DNA from: Candidatus Multivoradales bacterium
GTDB lineage: Bacteria; Acidobacteriota; Thermoanaerobaculia; Multivoradales; J023
Direction of reading: 5' to 3'
Assembly (NCBI GenBank): GCA_965248925.1
Contig: CBDFLE010000005.1
Span: forward strand, 1,792,001 to 1,856,000
DNA: 64,000 bases
Made by a program: the position numbers and the translations under genes. The notes below the pieces were generated by a model. That model searched no databases. It was not told the DNA's origin and saw only the letters and a list, made by a program, of their open reading frames with translations. Below are positions 20,692 through 31,096 of this stretch, piece after piece (the first letter of the stretch is position 1; each line of letters opens with the position of its first letter).

Positions 20692-21456
20692 TCACCTTGC
20701 CTCTCGCTGGGCGGCCTTGCGAATACCGCCGGCTCTCTTCGCCCGCATGGAGTCACCGTCCACCGCGAGCTTGTAGGCGCCGTGGACAGTGCGATCGAGG
20801 ATGGCGTCGGCCAAGGTCGGATCGCCGATGACCTCGTACCAGCTCTCAACCGGTAGCTGGGAGGTCACCAGCGTGGAGCGGTTGCCGTAGCGGTCCTCAA
20901 GAATCTCGAGCAGGTCGCGCCGCTCGCTGGCCCCGATCGGCGCCAGCCCCCAGTCGTCGAGGATGAGCAGGTCTGTGCGAGCATAGCTCTTGAGCAGCTT
21001 CTCGTAGCTACCATCACCCCGCGCGATGGCGAGCTGGCGAAACAGCCTCGGCACCCGCAGGTACAAAGCGGTGTAACCCTCCCGACATGCCTTGTGCGCG
21101 AAGGCGCAGGCGAGAAAGGTCTTGCCCACCCCGGCCTTGCCGGTGATCAGCACGTTGAGATGCTCGGCGATCCACTGGCACGAGGCCAGGCGCAGGATCT
21201 GGCCTTTGTCCAGGCCCCTCTTGGCTCGCCAGTCGATGTCTTCGATGGCCGCCTGCTCGCGCAGCTTGGCTTTTCGCAACCGCGCTATCAAGCGGCGGCT
21301 GGATCGCTCGGTCGCTTCGCGCTCGACCAGCAGCCCGAGGCGCTCTTCGAAGGAGAGCTCTGAGACATCGACCATCGACAGCTGCTCCTCAAAGGCTTTG
21401 GCCATACCGTGGAGCTTGAGCGCGGCGAGTTGATCGAGCGTCGCGTGCCTCAGCAT
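20692..21456 (-). CDS. istB: IS21 helper ATPase IstB
   Basis: GKAGVGKT Walker A, LLILDDWG Walker B, TSQLP, ADAILDR; ATGCTGA overlap with istA. Confidence 0.96.
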   Translation of the reverse strand: MLRHATLDQLAALKLHGMAKAFEEQLSMVDVSELSFEERLGLLVEREATERSSRRLIARLRKAKLREQAAIEDIDWRAKRGLDKGQILRLASCQWIAEHLNVLITGKAGVGKTFLACAFAHKACREGYTALYLRVPRLFRQLAIARGDGSYEKLLKSYARTDLLILDDWGLAPIGASERRDLLEILEDRYGNRSTLVTSQLPVESWYEVIGDPTLADAILDRTVHGAYKLAVDGDSMRAKRAGGIRKAAQREAR

Positions 21457-23024
21457 GGCGGCGTCTCCTCGCGGCGCGCGGCACTGTAGTAGCTGGCGCC
21501 GCGGACGTTGCGGTGCTCGATCGGCGCCGTCACTTCGGTGGGCTCGGGCGCTGCTTGCTGGTCCAGGCCGCTCTTCAGGATCGACTTCACGCTCTTGTAG
21601 GACAGGCCGTGAATGGCGAGCGCGCGGCGGCACGCAGCCTCCAAACGATTGGCACCATAGGTCTTGCCCAGGCGCATCAGCCCCAGACACGAGCGAAAGC
21701 CGTGCTGAGGATGGGAGCGGTTAAGCATGATGGTCTCCACCAGTTCGGCCGTCGCCTGGCCTGTTTTCGCCGCCCAGCTGATCAGCCGTGTCGGTGTCCA
21801 CTCCAGGTACGCCTGGTGCGCTTTGGGCATGTGCTCGCTCTGGGTCGTGTGCCGACCCCGACACCGATTGCGACGATGAGCAGCCACACGCTTGCCGCGA
21901 TCGAGCACCTCCACCAGTTGCGCCGTCGCCCGCAGATCGAGCTGCTTCTTGATCAGCTGGTACGGCACACTGTAATAGTGGCCCTCGAACTCGACGTGGT
22001 AGTCCGGGGCAACGCGTACCTTCTTCCATTCGGCAAGCTCGTAGGGCTGGAGCGGCAAAGCACCCAGAGCAGGACGATCGACCTGCTCGAACAGCGCTCG
22101 GCGCGAGACGCCCAACACCTTCAGCGGACGGTCGTTAAGCTCGACCAGAAGCTTCGCGATGCTCTCGTTGAGCTCTCGCAGGCTGAAGAACTGCTGGTTA
22201 CGCAGCCGGGCCAGAATCCAGCGCTCCACTTGCAATACACCGTTTTCGACCTTCGCCTTGTCTTGGGGCTTCCTCACCCGCGCCGGCACCACCGCCACGC
22301 CGTAGTGCTCGGCCAACTCCGCGTAGGTGCGATTGATCTCCGGCTCGTAGCGGCACGGGCTGGTCACGCCGCTCTTCAGATTGTCCGGCACCACCAGCTC
22401 GCTCACCCCGCCCAGAGCCGCGAAGGTCCGCACATGAGAGCCGATCCAGTCCTCCAGGCCCTGGCTCCACGTTGATTCGGCATAGGTGTAGTTGCTCGCC
22501 CCCAGCACCGCCACGAAGATCTGCGCTTCGCGCGCTTTGCCAGTCGCCGGGTCGATCACCCTCACGGTCTGTCCGGCATAGTCGACGAACAGCTTCTCGC
22601 CCGCCCGGTAGGCTTGGCGCAGGCACACATCCAGGCGCCCTTCCCAGATCCGGTACAGCTGACAGAAGCGGCTGAGACCGTAGCCGTCAGGATGGTCCTC
22701 CCGGTACTCCTGCCACAGCAGCGACAGGGTTACGCACTTCTTCTTCAGCTCGCCATGCACCTTGGTCCAGTCGGGCAAGGCTCGCTGACCACCCCTCCGA
22801 AGCGGCTGCGGCCGAGGGTACAGGCGTTGCTCCAGCTCAGCGTCGCTCAAAGCTGCTACTTGCTCCCAGCTCAGGCCTTCAACCTTGGCTCGCAGCAGGT
22901 AGTTGCACACCGTCCCGTGGCCCAGCCGAACCGACCGTCCGATCTGGCGGTGCGACAGGCCATGCTGCCATTTCAGTCTCAGTACCTCGCGTATCTTGCG
23001 CATCGATGTCCTCACTCTCGGCAT
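21450..23024 (-). CDS. istA: IS21 transposase IstA
   Basis: MRKIREVLRL, FVDYAG, FVAVLGASNYTYAE, VPDNLKSGV, PQDKAKVE, YYSVPY. Confidence 0.97.
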   Translation of the reverse strand: MPRVRTSMRKIREVLRLKWQHGLSHRQIGRSVRLGHGTVCNYLLRAKVEGLSWEQVAALSDAELEQRLYPRPQPLRRGGQRALPDWTKVHGELKKKCVTLSLLWQEYREDHPDGYGLSRFCQLYRIWEGRLDVCLRQAYRAGEKLFVDYAGQTVRVIDPATGKAREAQIFVAVLGASNYTYAESTWSQGLEDWIGSHVRTFAALGGVSELVVPDNLKSGVTSPCRYEPEINRTYAELAEHYGVAVVPARVRKPQDKAKVENGVLQVERWILARLRNQQFFSLRELNESIAKLLVELNDRPLKVLGVSRRALFEQVDRPALGALPLQPYELAEWKKVRVAPDYHVEFEGHYYSVPYQLIKKQLDLRATAQLVEVLDRGKRVAAHRRNRCRGRHTTQSEHMPKAHQAYLEWTPTRLISWAAKTGQATAELVETIMLNRSHPQHGFRSCLGLMRLGKTYGANRLEAACRRALAIHGLSYKSVKSILKSGLDQQAAPEPTEVTAPIEHRNVRGASYYSAARREETPPC

Positions 23025-23238
23025 CCAATTCTCCTTTCAAGGAGGCTGGAATACCCCAATTGTGAGGAGCGCGCTACCGTCGAACTCCGCCGTGGCCAGG
23101 ATTCCGATCCAATCTGACCACCCATTCCGATCGACCCGGAAAAGTGGTCACTTTCGATCGGAATCGATGGTCAGATTCCGTTGGAATCACTGGTCACTTT
23201 CAATCGGAATCGGTGGTCGGTTTCCGTCGGTGCAGGCA

Positions 23239-23355
23239 CCCCGGGCCCATGGCATCGGGCCACGCGGTAGGCGGCAGGAGATAGGTACCGAAGATGCGAT
23301 CGATCCACGGGAAGTGGATGGCGAAGTTCTGCTGGTGGTAGCGGGGATCCATTGG
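23239..23355 (-). pseudogene. Sterol desaturase / fatty-acid hydroxylase family 3' fragment, split by IS21 (continues at about 20336..20236)
   Basis: NFAIHFPWIDRIFGTYLLP..WP; removing the IS and one 5-bp flank restores in-frame GRESFPKGYLRQLLHPF. Confidence 0.75.
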
Positions 23356-23569
23356 CTCTCTCTCTGAATGGAAAGTGAGTCCTAGCATCATCGAGAGTCC
23401 GAGAATAAACTGGAATCAGGAGCCTCGATTCAGACCCGGAAGCGGCTCAAGAGCAGCGGGCTATCCCTGGCGTGTTGCTCTACTTGACATTACCGGCGAG
23501 GGACGGCCATGGGTAGCCGGTACAACAACTCTCAAGGTTGCAGCTGGCTGTACTTGACCAGCGGATCGG

Positions 23570-24390
23570 CTAGGCACTCGGGCGCGAGCGAGGCGTAGAC
23601 CGTGGTCGCGATGCGGGCAACCGGGATGCAGGGGACCGACGTGCGCCCGAGGCGTCGCCGAAGCCACGAGCAAAGCTCGACCCAGGGATGCGATCGCGAT
23701 GACGAAAGGTGCGCCCCGCCTCCGTCTGCGCAACCGCCGGGACCCCCGCACCAGCTTCTATCATGCCCAACAACTCAACGAGGCGCAGCATCACGAGATG
23801 TTCGGCGCGGCAATAAAGTGACTCATCGTCGTCGCCGGGGTAGATCGGCGGGCGTACGACCTCGACGAGCGCGCCGCCGTCGAGGTCCGCGCTGACTTCG
23901 TGGAGGCTGGCGCCGACCTGCTCGTAGCGACCTTCGGCGAAGGCGAAGAACACCCCATGGTTGCCCTTGAAGTCGGGCAGGCAACCCCCGTGGATGTTGA
24001 ACGAGCGACCGGCAGGGGCCAGCACCCGCTTGTGGACATAGGACGTGCCACACACCACCGTGACGTCGGGGCGCCAGCGCGCCATGGTCTCGACCGCCAA
24101 CTTCGAGTTGATCCACTCGACCTCAACGGTCTCGAAGTCGGGCTCGGCCACGGCCCGATCAGCGAAGAAGCGGTCACGGTAGGCTGCGTGACCGCTGAGC
24201 CGGCGCCTGAGCCTGTGATAGCGACGGTAGGCCCAATCGACATAGCGGTGGCGCCGCCAAAGGTGGGCTTTTTGCGCGCGCCCGGGCTCGAAAATCACGC
24301 CTCGGATCTCGAAGTGCGCGGCGAGCAACGCGACGAGGTACTCGTTGTGTGGGTCGTCCGAGACCAGCAGCGCCAGCTTCGATATCTTGG
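23570..24390 (-). pseudogene. Formyltransferase-domain (Formyl_trans_N) gene, no clear start and probable 3' frameshift
   Basis: VEWINS, PDVTVVCGT, NIHGGCLPDFKG, GASLHEVSADLDGG. Confidence 0.7.
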
Positions 24391-24394
24391 TGGT

Positions 24395-24503
24395 CGCGCT
24401 CGATGCGTCAAAAGAAGTAGAAGTGACACTGGATATCCTCCAGCGAGAACTCCTCGGGCAAGGTGTCAAGAATCTTCTGAGCCTCTTGTCTTGCGGTCGC
24501 CAT
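24395..24503 (-). pseudogene. Small putative antitoxin fragment
   Basis: Manual translation MATARQEAQKILDTLPEEFSLEDIQCHFYFF*RIER resembles the LPDD.SLEDIQYHLY..KIERG type found upstream of RelE/ParE toxins. Confidence 0.55.
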
Positions 24504-24933
24504 GGTTCTAAAGTAAACCGCCGATTCGGCTAATTGGCTCTGTTCTCTACTTTCGGTCCCTGGCGCGGATCCTGGCGACTGTCCAGTAAGGTGTCCCCCT
24601 CCGGCAGGTCTTCGTCAAAAGGGTAGGCACCTTCTTGGCTCCTACCACGCTCGAAAAGCTCTTTGAGAATCTTGTGCCGGAAGTTCTTGTTCACCGCCGA
24701 AGTGTAACATGGGCCGTGAAACTCCGCTGCCCCCATGAGGTACTTCCGTGGGTTGTGGATAGCCAAAACCCCATCCGCTTTTGTCCGCAGCGCGCTGGCC
24801 AGCGTCTTTGATGTCAGGAAGTCGACGTTGGGGTCGAACTCCCTAACGATGGTCGGCGCCGCTAGGCCATCGCGATCATTGCCACCAACGACCGTCATGC
24901 GGAGTCCACCAAGAAACCAAGAGGAAAGACATC

Positions 24934-26481
24934 ATGCACTTTCGCAGCTTGACCACTGTCTTAGTCTTCACCCTGACGCTCAACGCTGGCGGACCGACCT
25001 TGGCCCAACCGTCGATCAACCCGACTACCTCGAAAGTCAAGGACGTCCGCAGCCAGTTCGTCACCATCAACGACCACGGTACGCCGTCGGGCTTCACCCG
25101 CGGTTCGATCAACCCGACGATGAGCCATCACTACCAAGGGATCACCCGCCACCCGAGCCGGCCGGCAGCCTTCTTCCTCAGCAAAAGCGGCGATTCAAGT
25201 TCACCGGCTGCCCTTCTCGGCACCTACCTCTCTACCGAGACCAGCTCGCGACAGATGAACCACAACTTGTGGGCCAAGGGTGCAACCAACACCCACGGTA
25301 CTTACCCGGTGGGCTCCGCCTTCACCTATTGGGAAGAGACCGCCGGCGAGATCTGTGACCACCTCGGCGGCCTGCAAGCTGCTGGCAAAGTGATAGCGGT
25401 CGCCGCCGAGAAATGCAGCGGTGGCGATCACGGCACTCAAGCCCGGGTTTTATTCTACTTCCTGCACAACACCTACTATCCGATCGCCATCGACATCACC
25501 GCCGACGGCTGGGCTGGACAGGACTCGCTCAACGTCGGCTACTCCACCGCCGGCGCGGCCGGCATCATCGAAGACAGTGGCAACCGCTATACCGTGATGG
25601 TCTTTACCGACGGCAATCGCCGGCTGCGTTTCCGCCAGTTCGGACTCAATGGCTACACCCTGACAGCCACCGGCCCATGGCGTACATGGGTGACGCCGAC
25701 CAATCAATCCAGCGGTTGGGAAACCGGTACCGGCGCCCACCAGGCGCTCAACCTGATCCGCCAGAACGACAACGCCCTGTTCGTTGGCGGCACCCAGCGT
25801 GGATGGGCGGAGAACGACTACATGTTCCTCTATCGGGTCTACGGCCTGAGCTACGATTCTGCCGGCACCTTGCAAGGCAACCCGTGGCTTTCCTACCAGG
25901 CCAAGCGTCATATCTATTGCACCAACTGGGAGAACACCGGCTCACGGATGTGCGACTTGATGGCCGCCGGCGGCTTCTACGTCGCTCCGGCAGCCAACAG
26001 CGACAGCCACGGCGAGCTGATCCTACTCGCCAGCGCCCATAACGACGACAAGGGTCCCGCTGCCAATTTGGCGCCGATCACCGAGTTTCGCAACCGCAAC
26101 ATCCGCACCCTCGACAACAGCTACGGCGACTGTGGCACCAGCAGTTGGGCGACACTCTATGACGACGATCACATGGACGGTGACCGCAACATCACGATCA
26201 CCGAGTACAACAGCGATCGCGAGGACTTCAAGTATCTGCACAACAGCACTATCGACTTCGGCGACAAGGCCAGCGCGTTTTCCTATTGCATCCGCAACGG
26301 CTGCACCCTGACCGCCTACAAGCACAGCGGCTACAGCTCGCCACTGATCACCATCTACGGCTCGGGCTCTGGCACCTACGGCTACGACAACGACCTCAAA
26401 CGCTCCAGCGGCGGCTACGTCGGTAGCAACTGGTCCGGCAAAGGAGATGAGATCTCGTCGATTAGGATCTCTTGCCCTTGA
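24934..26481 (+). CDS. Secreted protein with C-terminal beta/gamma-crystallin-like domain
   Basis: Signal peptide; ATLYDDDHMDG..FGDKASAF..LTAYKHSGY..GDEISSIRI; consistent codon bias; RBS GAGG. Confidence 0.7.
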   Translation: MHFRSLTTVLVFTLTLNAGGPTLAQPSINPTTSKVKDVRSQFVTINDHGTPSGFTRGSINPTMSHHYQGITRHPSRPAAFFLSKSGDSSSPAALLGTYLSTETSSRQMNHNLWAKGATNTHGTYPVGSAFTYWEETAGEICDHLGGLQAAGKVIAVAAEKCSGGDHGTQARVLFYFLHNTYYPIAIDITADGWAGQDSLNVGYSTAGAAGIIEDSGNRYTVMVFTDGNRRLRFRQFGLNGYTLTATGPWRTWVTPTNQSSGWETGTGAHQALNLIRQNDNALFVGGTQRGWAENDYMFLYRVYGLSYDSAGTLQGNPWLSYQAKRHIYCTNWENTGSRMCDLMAAGGFYVAPAANSDSHGELILLASAHNDDKGPAANLAPITEFRNRNIRTLDNSYGDCGTSSWATLYDDDHMDGDRNITITEYNSDREDFKYLHNSTIDFGDKASAFSYCIRNGCTLTAYKHSGYSSPLITIYGSGSGTYGYDNDLKRSSGGYVGSNWSGKGDEISSIRISCP

Positions 26482-26635
26482 GGTCGGACCCAAGTGAACT
26501 AGGGCACGGTCCACAGCCGGCGCCGGTCTGCCGCCAGTCCATCGCTGGCAGCAAGATCATATGCTCGCCTACGTTTCCTTTTCTTGGCGCGCAATAGCGA
26601 TCGATGAACAGAATTAACCACTACAGGAGTAGAAA

Positions 26636-28132
26636 ATGCAAAAGCAGATACGAACTAGAGAACACCAGTGGATGCTCACTAGTTGGACCGTCATCCCGGT
26701 ATTGGCGCTACTGACCTTGGCGCTGCCCGCTATGGCGCAAGTGGAGACTCCGACTTACGCGGCAGCAACGGTCAACGTCAACACGCACCATTTTCAGGAC
26801 GTTTACTACATCCAACCCCATAACACCTACGAGCACGGCAGCTCGCTGACGGCATGGCTCGAGGCGGGCTTCCGCTCGGTGGAGCTGGATGTTCAGGATC
26901 CGGGGTTCTGGGAGTTTCACCCGGACGGACCGATTGTCGCCCACACTGGATCTGGACAACAGAACAATTGCAGCTCGGGCACGGCCAACGATCGTCTCGG
27001 TCATTGCCTACGGGACATCGTGAACTTCATTGGGGCGGAATCGCCGGATGTTCCGATCCTGCTTCTGGTCGACATGAAAGGCGGCACAGGGTCTTCGGAA
27101 TGGCAGAATTGGGAAGTGGCTTTCCTCGATGAATACATCCGTAGCTTTCTCGGTTCGACCCTCTACTCCTTCGAGGATCTCTATTGGAACTACCTGGTGC
27201 CGAGGGGCGGCCAGAGCACGCCGCGGTCTCTGGCTGCTCAGCACGGCTGGCCGCTGCTGCGTGATTTGCGCAGCAAGGTTATCGTCGGCTTGACCGGCGG
27301 CCAGTATGGGGACGTCAATGGAGGTATGGAAGACGGGCGCCAAGCCATCCAATCCATATTTGGCCGCTATCCAGCGACCTTCCTGTGTCCCGATGTCGAG
27401 AACGACCCCTCGGAAGTCGATGTCGGCGGCAAGCTCGACGCCATCAGCACCAGCAACTCGCAGTTTTTTCTCTGCTCGAACTTGAAATCTCGCGATCACT
27501 ACCAAGTGACGGCGAATCGGGCGGCCCAGAACAACCAGATTCTCCACTTGTGGGGCGGTCATGTCTGGGGAAATACGAGCTACACCTACAACTACATCGC
27601 CGTGGCGCACGGCGTCCAAGCGGTGGGACGGGACTTGAATCAGCCTTGGTTGGGAACGACCTGGGGAAACAGTATTCCCTACGTCGGCGTGCGGCGATCA
27701 CTGCCGGGTTATTTCAAACTTCGGCCGACCAACAGTACGAACTTGTGTTTGGAAGTCGAAGGTGCGTCCTACGGCAATGGTTCGGACCTCAACCAGTGGT
27801 CCTGCCACAGTGGATCCAACCAGCGTTTCGTCTACACCGCGGAGGGTCAGCTGCGGCCCAGGGGCAACAACAAATACTGTGCCGACATCGACGGTGGTGA
27901 CGCGGGCAATGGCAAGAAGATGCACATCTGGGACTGCGACGGCGGCGCCAGCGAGAAGTGGCAAATCACTCCGGAGGGGCGCTTTCGCAGTCGTGAGAAC
28001 TCTGGTTACTGCATGGATTCGACCTCATCGACCTGGAATGGCGTTCAGTTCCGGACCTATGCCTGCAGCAGCGCATCGTCGCAGAAGTTCTGGCTCGAAA
28101 CGGTTGCGGATTGGACCCAAAAATCGTTCTGA
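26636..28132 (+). CDS. Secreted PI-PLC-like phosphodiesterase with ricin B lectin domain
   Basis: PHNTYEH, GFRSVELDV, VAH, WPLLRDLRSKVIV; C-terminal CLEV..NQRF, CADI..SEKW, CMD..SQKF ricin repeats. Confidence 0.85.
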   Translation: MQKQIRTREHQWMLTSWTVIPVLALLTLALPAMAQVETPTYAAATVNVNTHHFQDVYYIQPHNTYEHGSSLTAWLEAGFRSVELDVQDPGFWEFHPDGPIVAHTGSGQQNNCSSGTANDRLGHCLRDIVNFIGAESPDVPILLLVDMKGGTGSSEWQNWEVAFLDEYIRSFLGSTLYSFEDLYWNYLVPRGGQSTPRSLAAQHGWPLLRDLRSKVIVGLTGGQYGDVNGGMEDGRQAIQSIFGRYPATFLCPDVENDPSEVDVGGKLDAISTSNSQFFLCSNLKSRDHYQVTANRAAQNNQILHLWGGHVWGNTSYTYNYIAVAHGVQAVGRDLNQPWLGTTWGNSIPYVGVRRSLPGYFKLRPTNSTNLCLEVEGASYGNGSDLNQWSCHSGSNQRFVYTAEGQLRPRGNNKYCADIDGGDAGNGKKMHIWDCDGGASEKWQITPEGRFRSRENSGYCMDSTSSTWNGVQFRTYACSSASSQKFWLETVADWTQKSF

Positions 28133-28452
28133 TCCTTCACCTGAACAGCTCTTCGCCGGCTTGCTAGATGATCTGGGTGATTTTCTCGGGCCTCGACGTC
28201 GGGTAATCTGCTGATGGGCGGGGACGATACCGCAACTCCGAGCCCGCTGCCCGGCGTCGCGTGCAAAGCGCTCATCGGTCCTTGATTCTCGTGCCTCTAG
28301 GAGCGGTCCATGGCTCGGTATTCTCGTCGTCCGGGTCCGCCACCGGGCGAGAGTCTATCGCCCATACACCTCTCGCCAGGGGCACCGAGATGCGCGAGCT
28401 CGTGGTGCCCCTCGGCCGGAAGCAAAGGCGAGTCTCGTCTTGCTCCGTCACA

Positions 28453-30045
28453 CTAGGAAGGATTATCAAGAACCAATATCTCGACCCATCGAGGTGCAGC
28501 TGGGTCGAGCAACAAGTCGGCGTGGAGCTGCCCGAGTACCGACTCCCCAGAAGCGACTGATGCCTGGACCCCACCGACTCCGCGCAGCGTCTCGGCGGAT
28601 CTCCCGACGACCGGAGCTTCGATCGGTCGGTCGTGGTGAGCCCGACGATGCGTTTCTTGGAAGTGTTCGAGCCGCGGCACGATGGCGTCGGAGCCGACGA
28701 TCAGAAACAGCTCCTTGCCCCCAGCGCTAGTGACCCGCCAGCTTTGTTCCGCGCCATCGAGGACGCCCGGAAGCAGGTGGATCCCCGGGCCCAGCGGATT
28801 GGCCGGCTGGAGACCGGGCAGGGGGAAGAGCACAAAGAGATTGCCTTTTTCGTCTTCGTTGAAAACATAGACATGAGTCGGCTCGTCGAGCTCGACGCGC
28901 AGGTTCAGCCGGTCGCCCGCCTGAACCGAGGATCCGTTGGCGAGGCGTACTTGAGAGCCGGTGCGCCGGCCCCAGAGGCTGGCTCGAACTGTGCCATCGG
29001 CAGGTGAAGGAGGTAGGTTGAAGCGCCACCACCCGAAAACGGCGACGGCGAGGAGCAGCACGGAGATCGCCGCCGAGAACCAGCGCCATCTTTGGGTGCG
29101 CGGCTCCGGCTCTATCCTCTCGGAACGGTGTTGGAGAAGCTGCCGCTCCGCATGGCCAGCCGAAACGGGTCGCTCGGTCGGCCGCTTGGCAAGCAACGAA
29201 TCGATCGTCGCCACCAACTCGCTCGGTAGATCGGGTCGCAGGTCCCTGAGCGTCCGCCTTGCTCCCGCCGACCGGTGCCGGCCGGTCGCCATCCGGAAGA
29301 GTAAGGCCCCCAGGGCAAAAAGATCGGAAGCTGGTGTCGAGGCGCCGCCAACCGCGACCTCCGGAGCCAAATAGCCGGCCGTTCCTTGCGGCATCACCCG
29401 CTGGCCCTCAGCCGGTGCGTGCGCGGCGCCGAAGTCGACGAGCACGGGCCGACCGTCTTCGTTGCGGACGACATTGCTGGTCTTGATGTCGCCGTGCACC
29501 AGCCCTTCGCCGTGCACGGCGGCGAGGGCGCGGCATAGCTCGCTGCCGACGGCCACCAGCTCGCTGGCACCCAATGGCCCATCCTCTTCGAGCCGCTGTT
29601 CCAGAGTCTTGCCCGGCAAGAGATCCGTCCAAATTCCAGCCCGCTCCTGGTTCACCGCGGCGCCGAAGACGGTCACGACGTTCGGATGCCGCACGCGGGC
29701 GAGCCGTTGCGCTTCAGCCAGCCAGGGGCGGGCCAGTGAGCCCCTACCGCGGCTCAGCTTGAGGGCAACTTCTCGGCCTACTTGTGGGTCCCAAGCGCGG
29801 AATACCTCGCCAAACTGGCCCGCTGCCAGTTTTTCTAGGATTTCGAGCGGGCCCCAGCGGAAAAGGATGTCGGTCTCCTGCGGTCGACTCTGCTGCGTCG
29901 CGAAGGCTTCGGCGACCTGCGACAGAGTTCTCAACCCCTCCAACCCAGCGCTGAGGCCAGCTTGTTCCTCACTCTCCCAGGCCACCGTGGAGCCGTCGCT
30001 CACCGAGCCGGCGAGCTCGACCAGGCGCTCATCGAGATCGTTCAC
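28453..30045 (-). CDS. Membrane Ser/Thr kinase with extracytoplasmic DUF4384-like domain
   Basis: GQFGEVF, VALK, HGDIKTSN, DFG, YLAPE; TM helix; GDRLNLRVELDEPTHVYVFNEDEKGNLFVLFP. Confidence 0.9.
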   Translation of the reverse strand: MNDLDERLVELAGSVSDGSTVAWESEEQAGLSAGLEGLRTLSQVAEAFATQQSRPQETDILFRWGPLEILEKLAAGQFGEVFRAWDPQVGREVALKLSRGRGSLARPWLAEAQRLARVRHPNVVTVFGAAVNQERAGIWTDLLPGKTLEQRLEEDGPLGASELVAVGSELCRALAAVHGEGLVHGDIKTSNVVRNEDGRPVLVDFGAAHAPAEGQRVMPQGTAGYLAPEVAVGGASTPASDLFALGALLFRMATGRHRSAGARRTLRDLRPDLPSELVATIDSLLAKRPTERPVSAGHAERQLLQHRSERIEPEPRTQRWRWFSAAISVLLLAVAVFGWWRFNLPPSPADGTVRASLWGRRTGSQVRLANGSSVQAGDRLNLRVELDEPTHVYVFNEDEKGNLFVLFPLPGLQPANPLGPGIHLLPGVLDGAEQSWRVTSAGGKELFLIVGSDAIVPRLEHFQETHRRAHHDRPIEAPVVGRSAETLRGVGGVQASVASGESVLGQLHADLLLDPAAPRWVEILVLDNPS

Positions 30046-30620
30046 CCGTCCATCTCCCTGGCCATGCGGGCGAGGGCCCTCGAGACCGTCATTCGGGCGC
30101 CGTTGGCGGTCGGACTGGCGATGGACTCGGCGATTTGAAGGTAGGAATAGCCAAACTCGACCCGCAGCAGGACCGCTTCTCTTTGGCGTGGCTCCAACAA
30201 GGCCAACGCGCTCTCATAGGCGACCATCGCTTGGCGTCCGATGACCCGCTCGACTGCTGAAGGCGACGAGTCGGGCAGCTCGCGATCGATCGGGTCGTGG
30301 GGCGGACGACGCCCAACCCGACGGACTTCGTCGCGCACCGCGTTGAGCAGGATCTGGCGCAAGTAGGCGAGAAAGGCTCCCTCGCCCCGGTTTTCGAACC
30401 GCGCCACATTCTGCAGGGCGCGTAGAAGCGTCACCTGCACCAGATCGTCGGTTTCCGCTGTAGCGCGGGCAAAGAGTGGCAAGCGACCGCGTGCCCACCG
30501 TTGGAGTAACGGTAAGAAACGCTCCATCAGCCGTTGCCTTGCCGCTTCGTCTCCCGACCGGGCCTGATCCAACAGCTCGCCGGTTGGCTGGTCGCGGCCG
30601 GTCTGTTTGGGCTTGGACAT
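30042..30620 (-). CDS. ECF RNA polymerase sigma factor
   Basis: GDEAARQRL, ETDDLVQ, FLAYLRQILLNAVRD, LEPRQREAVLLR..SYLQIA; 4-bp overlap with the kinase gene. Confidence 0.92.
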   Translation of the reverse strand: MSKPKQTGRDQPTGELLDQARSGDEAARQRLMERFLPLLQRWARGRLPLFARATAETDDLVQVTLLRALQNVARFENRGEGAFLAYLRQILLNAVRDEVRRVGRRPPHDPIDRELPDSSPSAVERVIGRQAMVAYESALALLEPRQREAVLLRVEFGYSYLQIAESIASPTANGARMTVSRALARMAREMDG

Positions 30621-31096
30621 GGCAGAAACCACGGGTCCGGACTCGAGGTTGCGCTGCCCTTCCCGGCCCCGGGTCGGGAACGGTAGGAGATTGGGCCTCG
30701 ATTCGACCCGCGGCGCCGAGTTTACCCGACGTCTCGGTGATGAAAACAAAGATTTCGTCACGTCCTGGCGCTCGTGTTCCATTCACCCGAGAGAAACGTC
30801 GACCTGGCCGAGACCGCACGCGTTTCATCGTGGCTTCAAGAAACCACCAACAAGAAACTACGAATCATGCGACCGCAGCGCGGTAGGCACCGCCCGTGCG
30901 GTTGAGCTCGTGGCGACGTTTCTTATCTCGAACGCAGCCATCACCACCGACCGAGAGGGCCGATTCACGGCTCGCGAAAGGACCACGATGAGATTAGACT
31001 CGAAATCGCAGAGGCGCGTGAGCCAGCGGGTAGGTTCTCTCCGCCACAGGTTCCCGATCCGGGAATGCTGATGGCCGCGAACCTCCAGGAGAGCCG

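Larger units (their letters stand above)
20337..23238 (-). mobile_element. IS21-family insertion sequence (istA-istB), apparently intact
   Basis: Ends TGCCTATTCCGACGAAACTGACCA and rc TGCCTGCACCGACGGAAACCGACCA with multiple internal (ATTCCGATCGAAA..GACCA) repeats; 5-bp flanks CCCCA/CCCCG. Confidence 0.95.

Noticed and set aside
23100-23238. Regularly spaced ~22-bp repeats resembling a mini CRISPR
   Set aside because: No unique spacers or cas genes; these are the multiple terminal repeats typical of IS21 ends and match the other end at 20337
24530-24898. 122-aa minus-strand ORF
   Set aside because: No recognised motif or convincing start; may be a fragment but cannot be supported
30867-30990. 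Possible remnant of a gene divergent from the ECF sigma (ITTDREGRF)
   Set aside because: Too short and interrupted to assign
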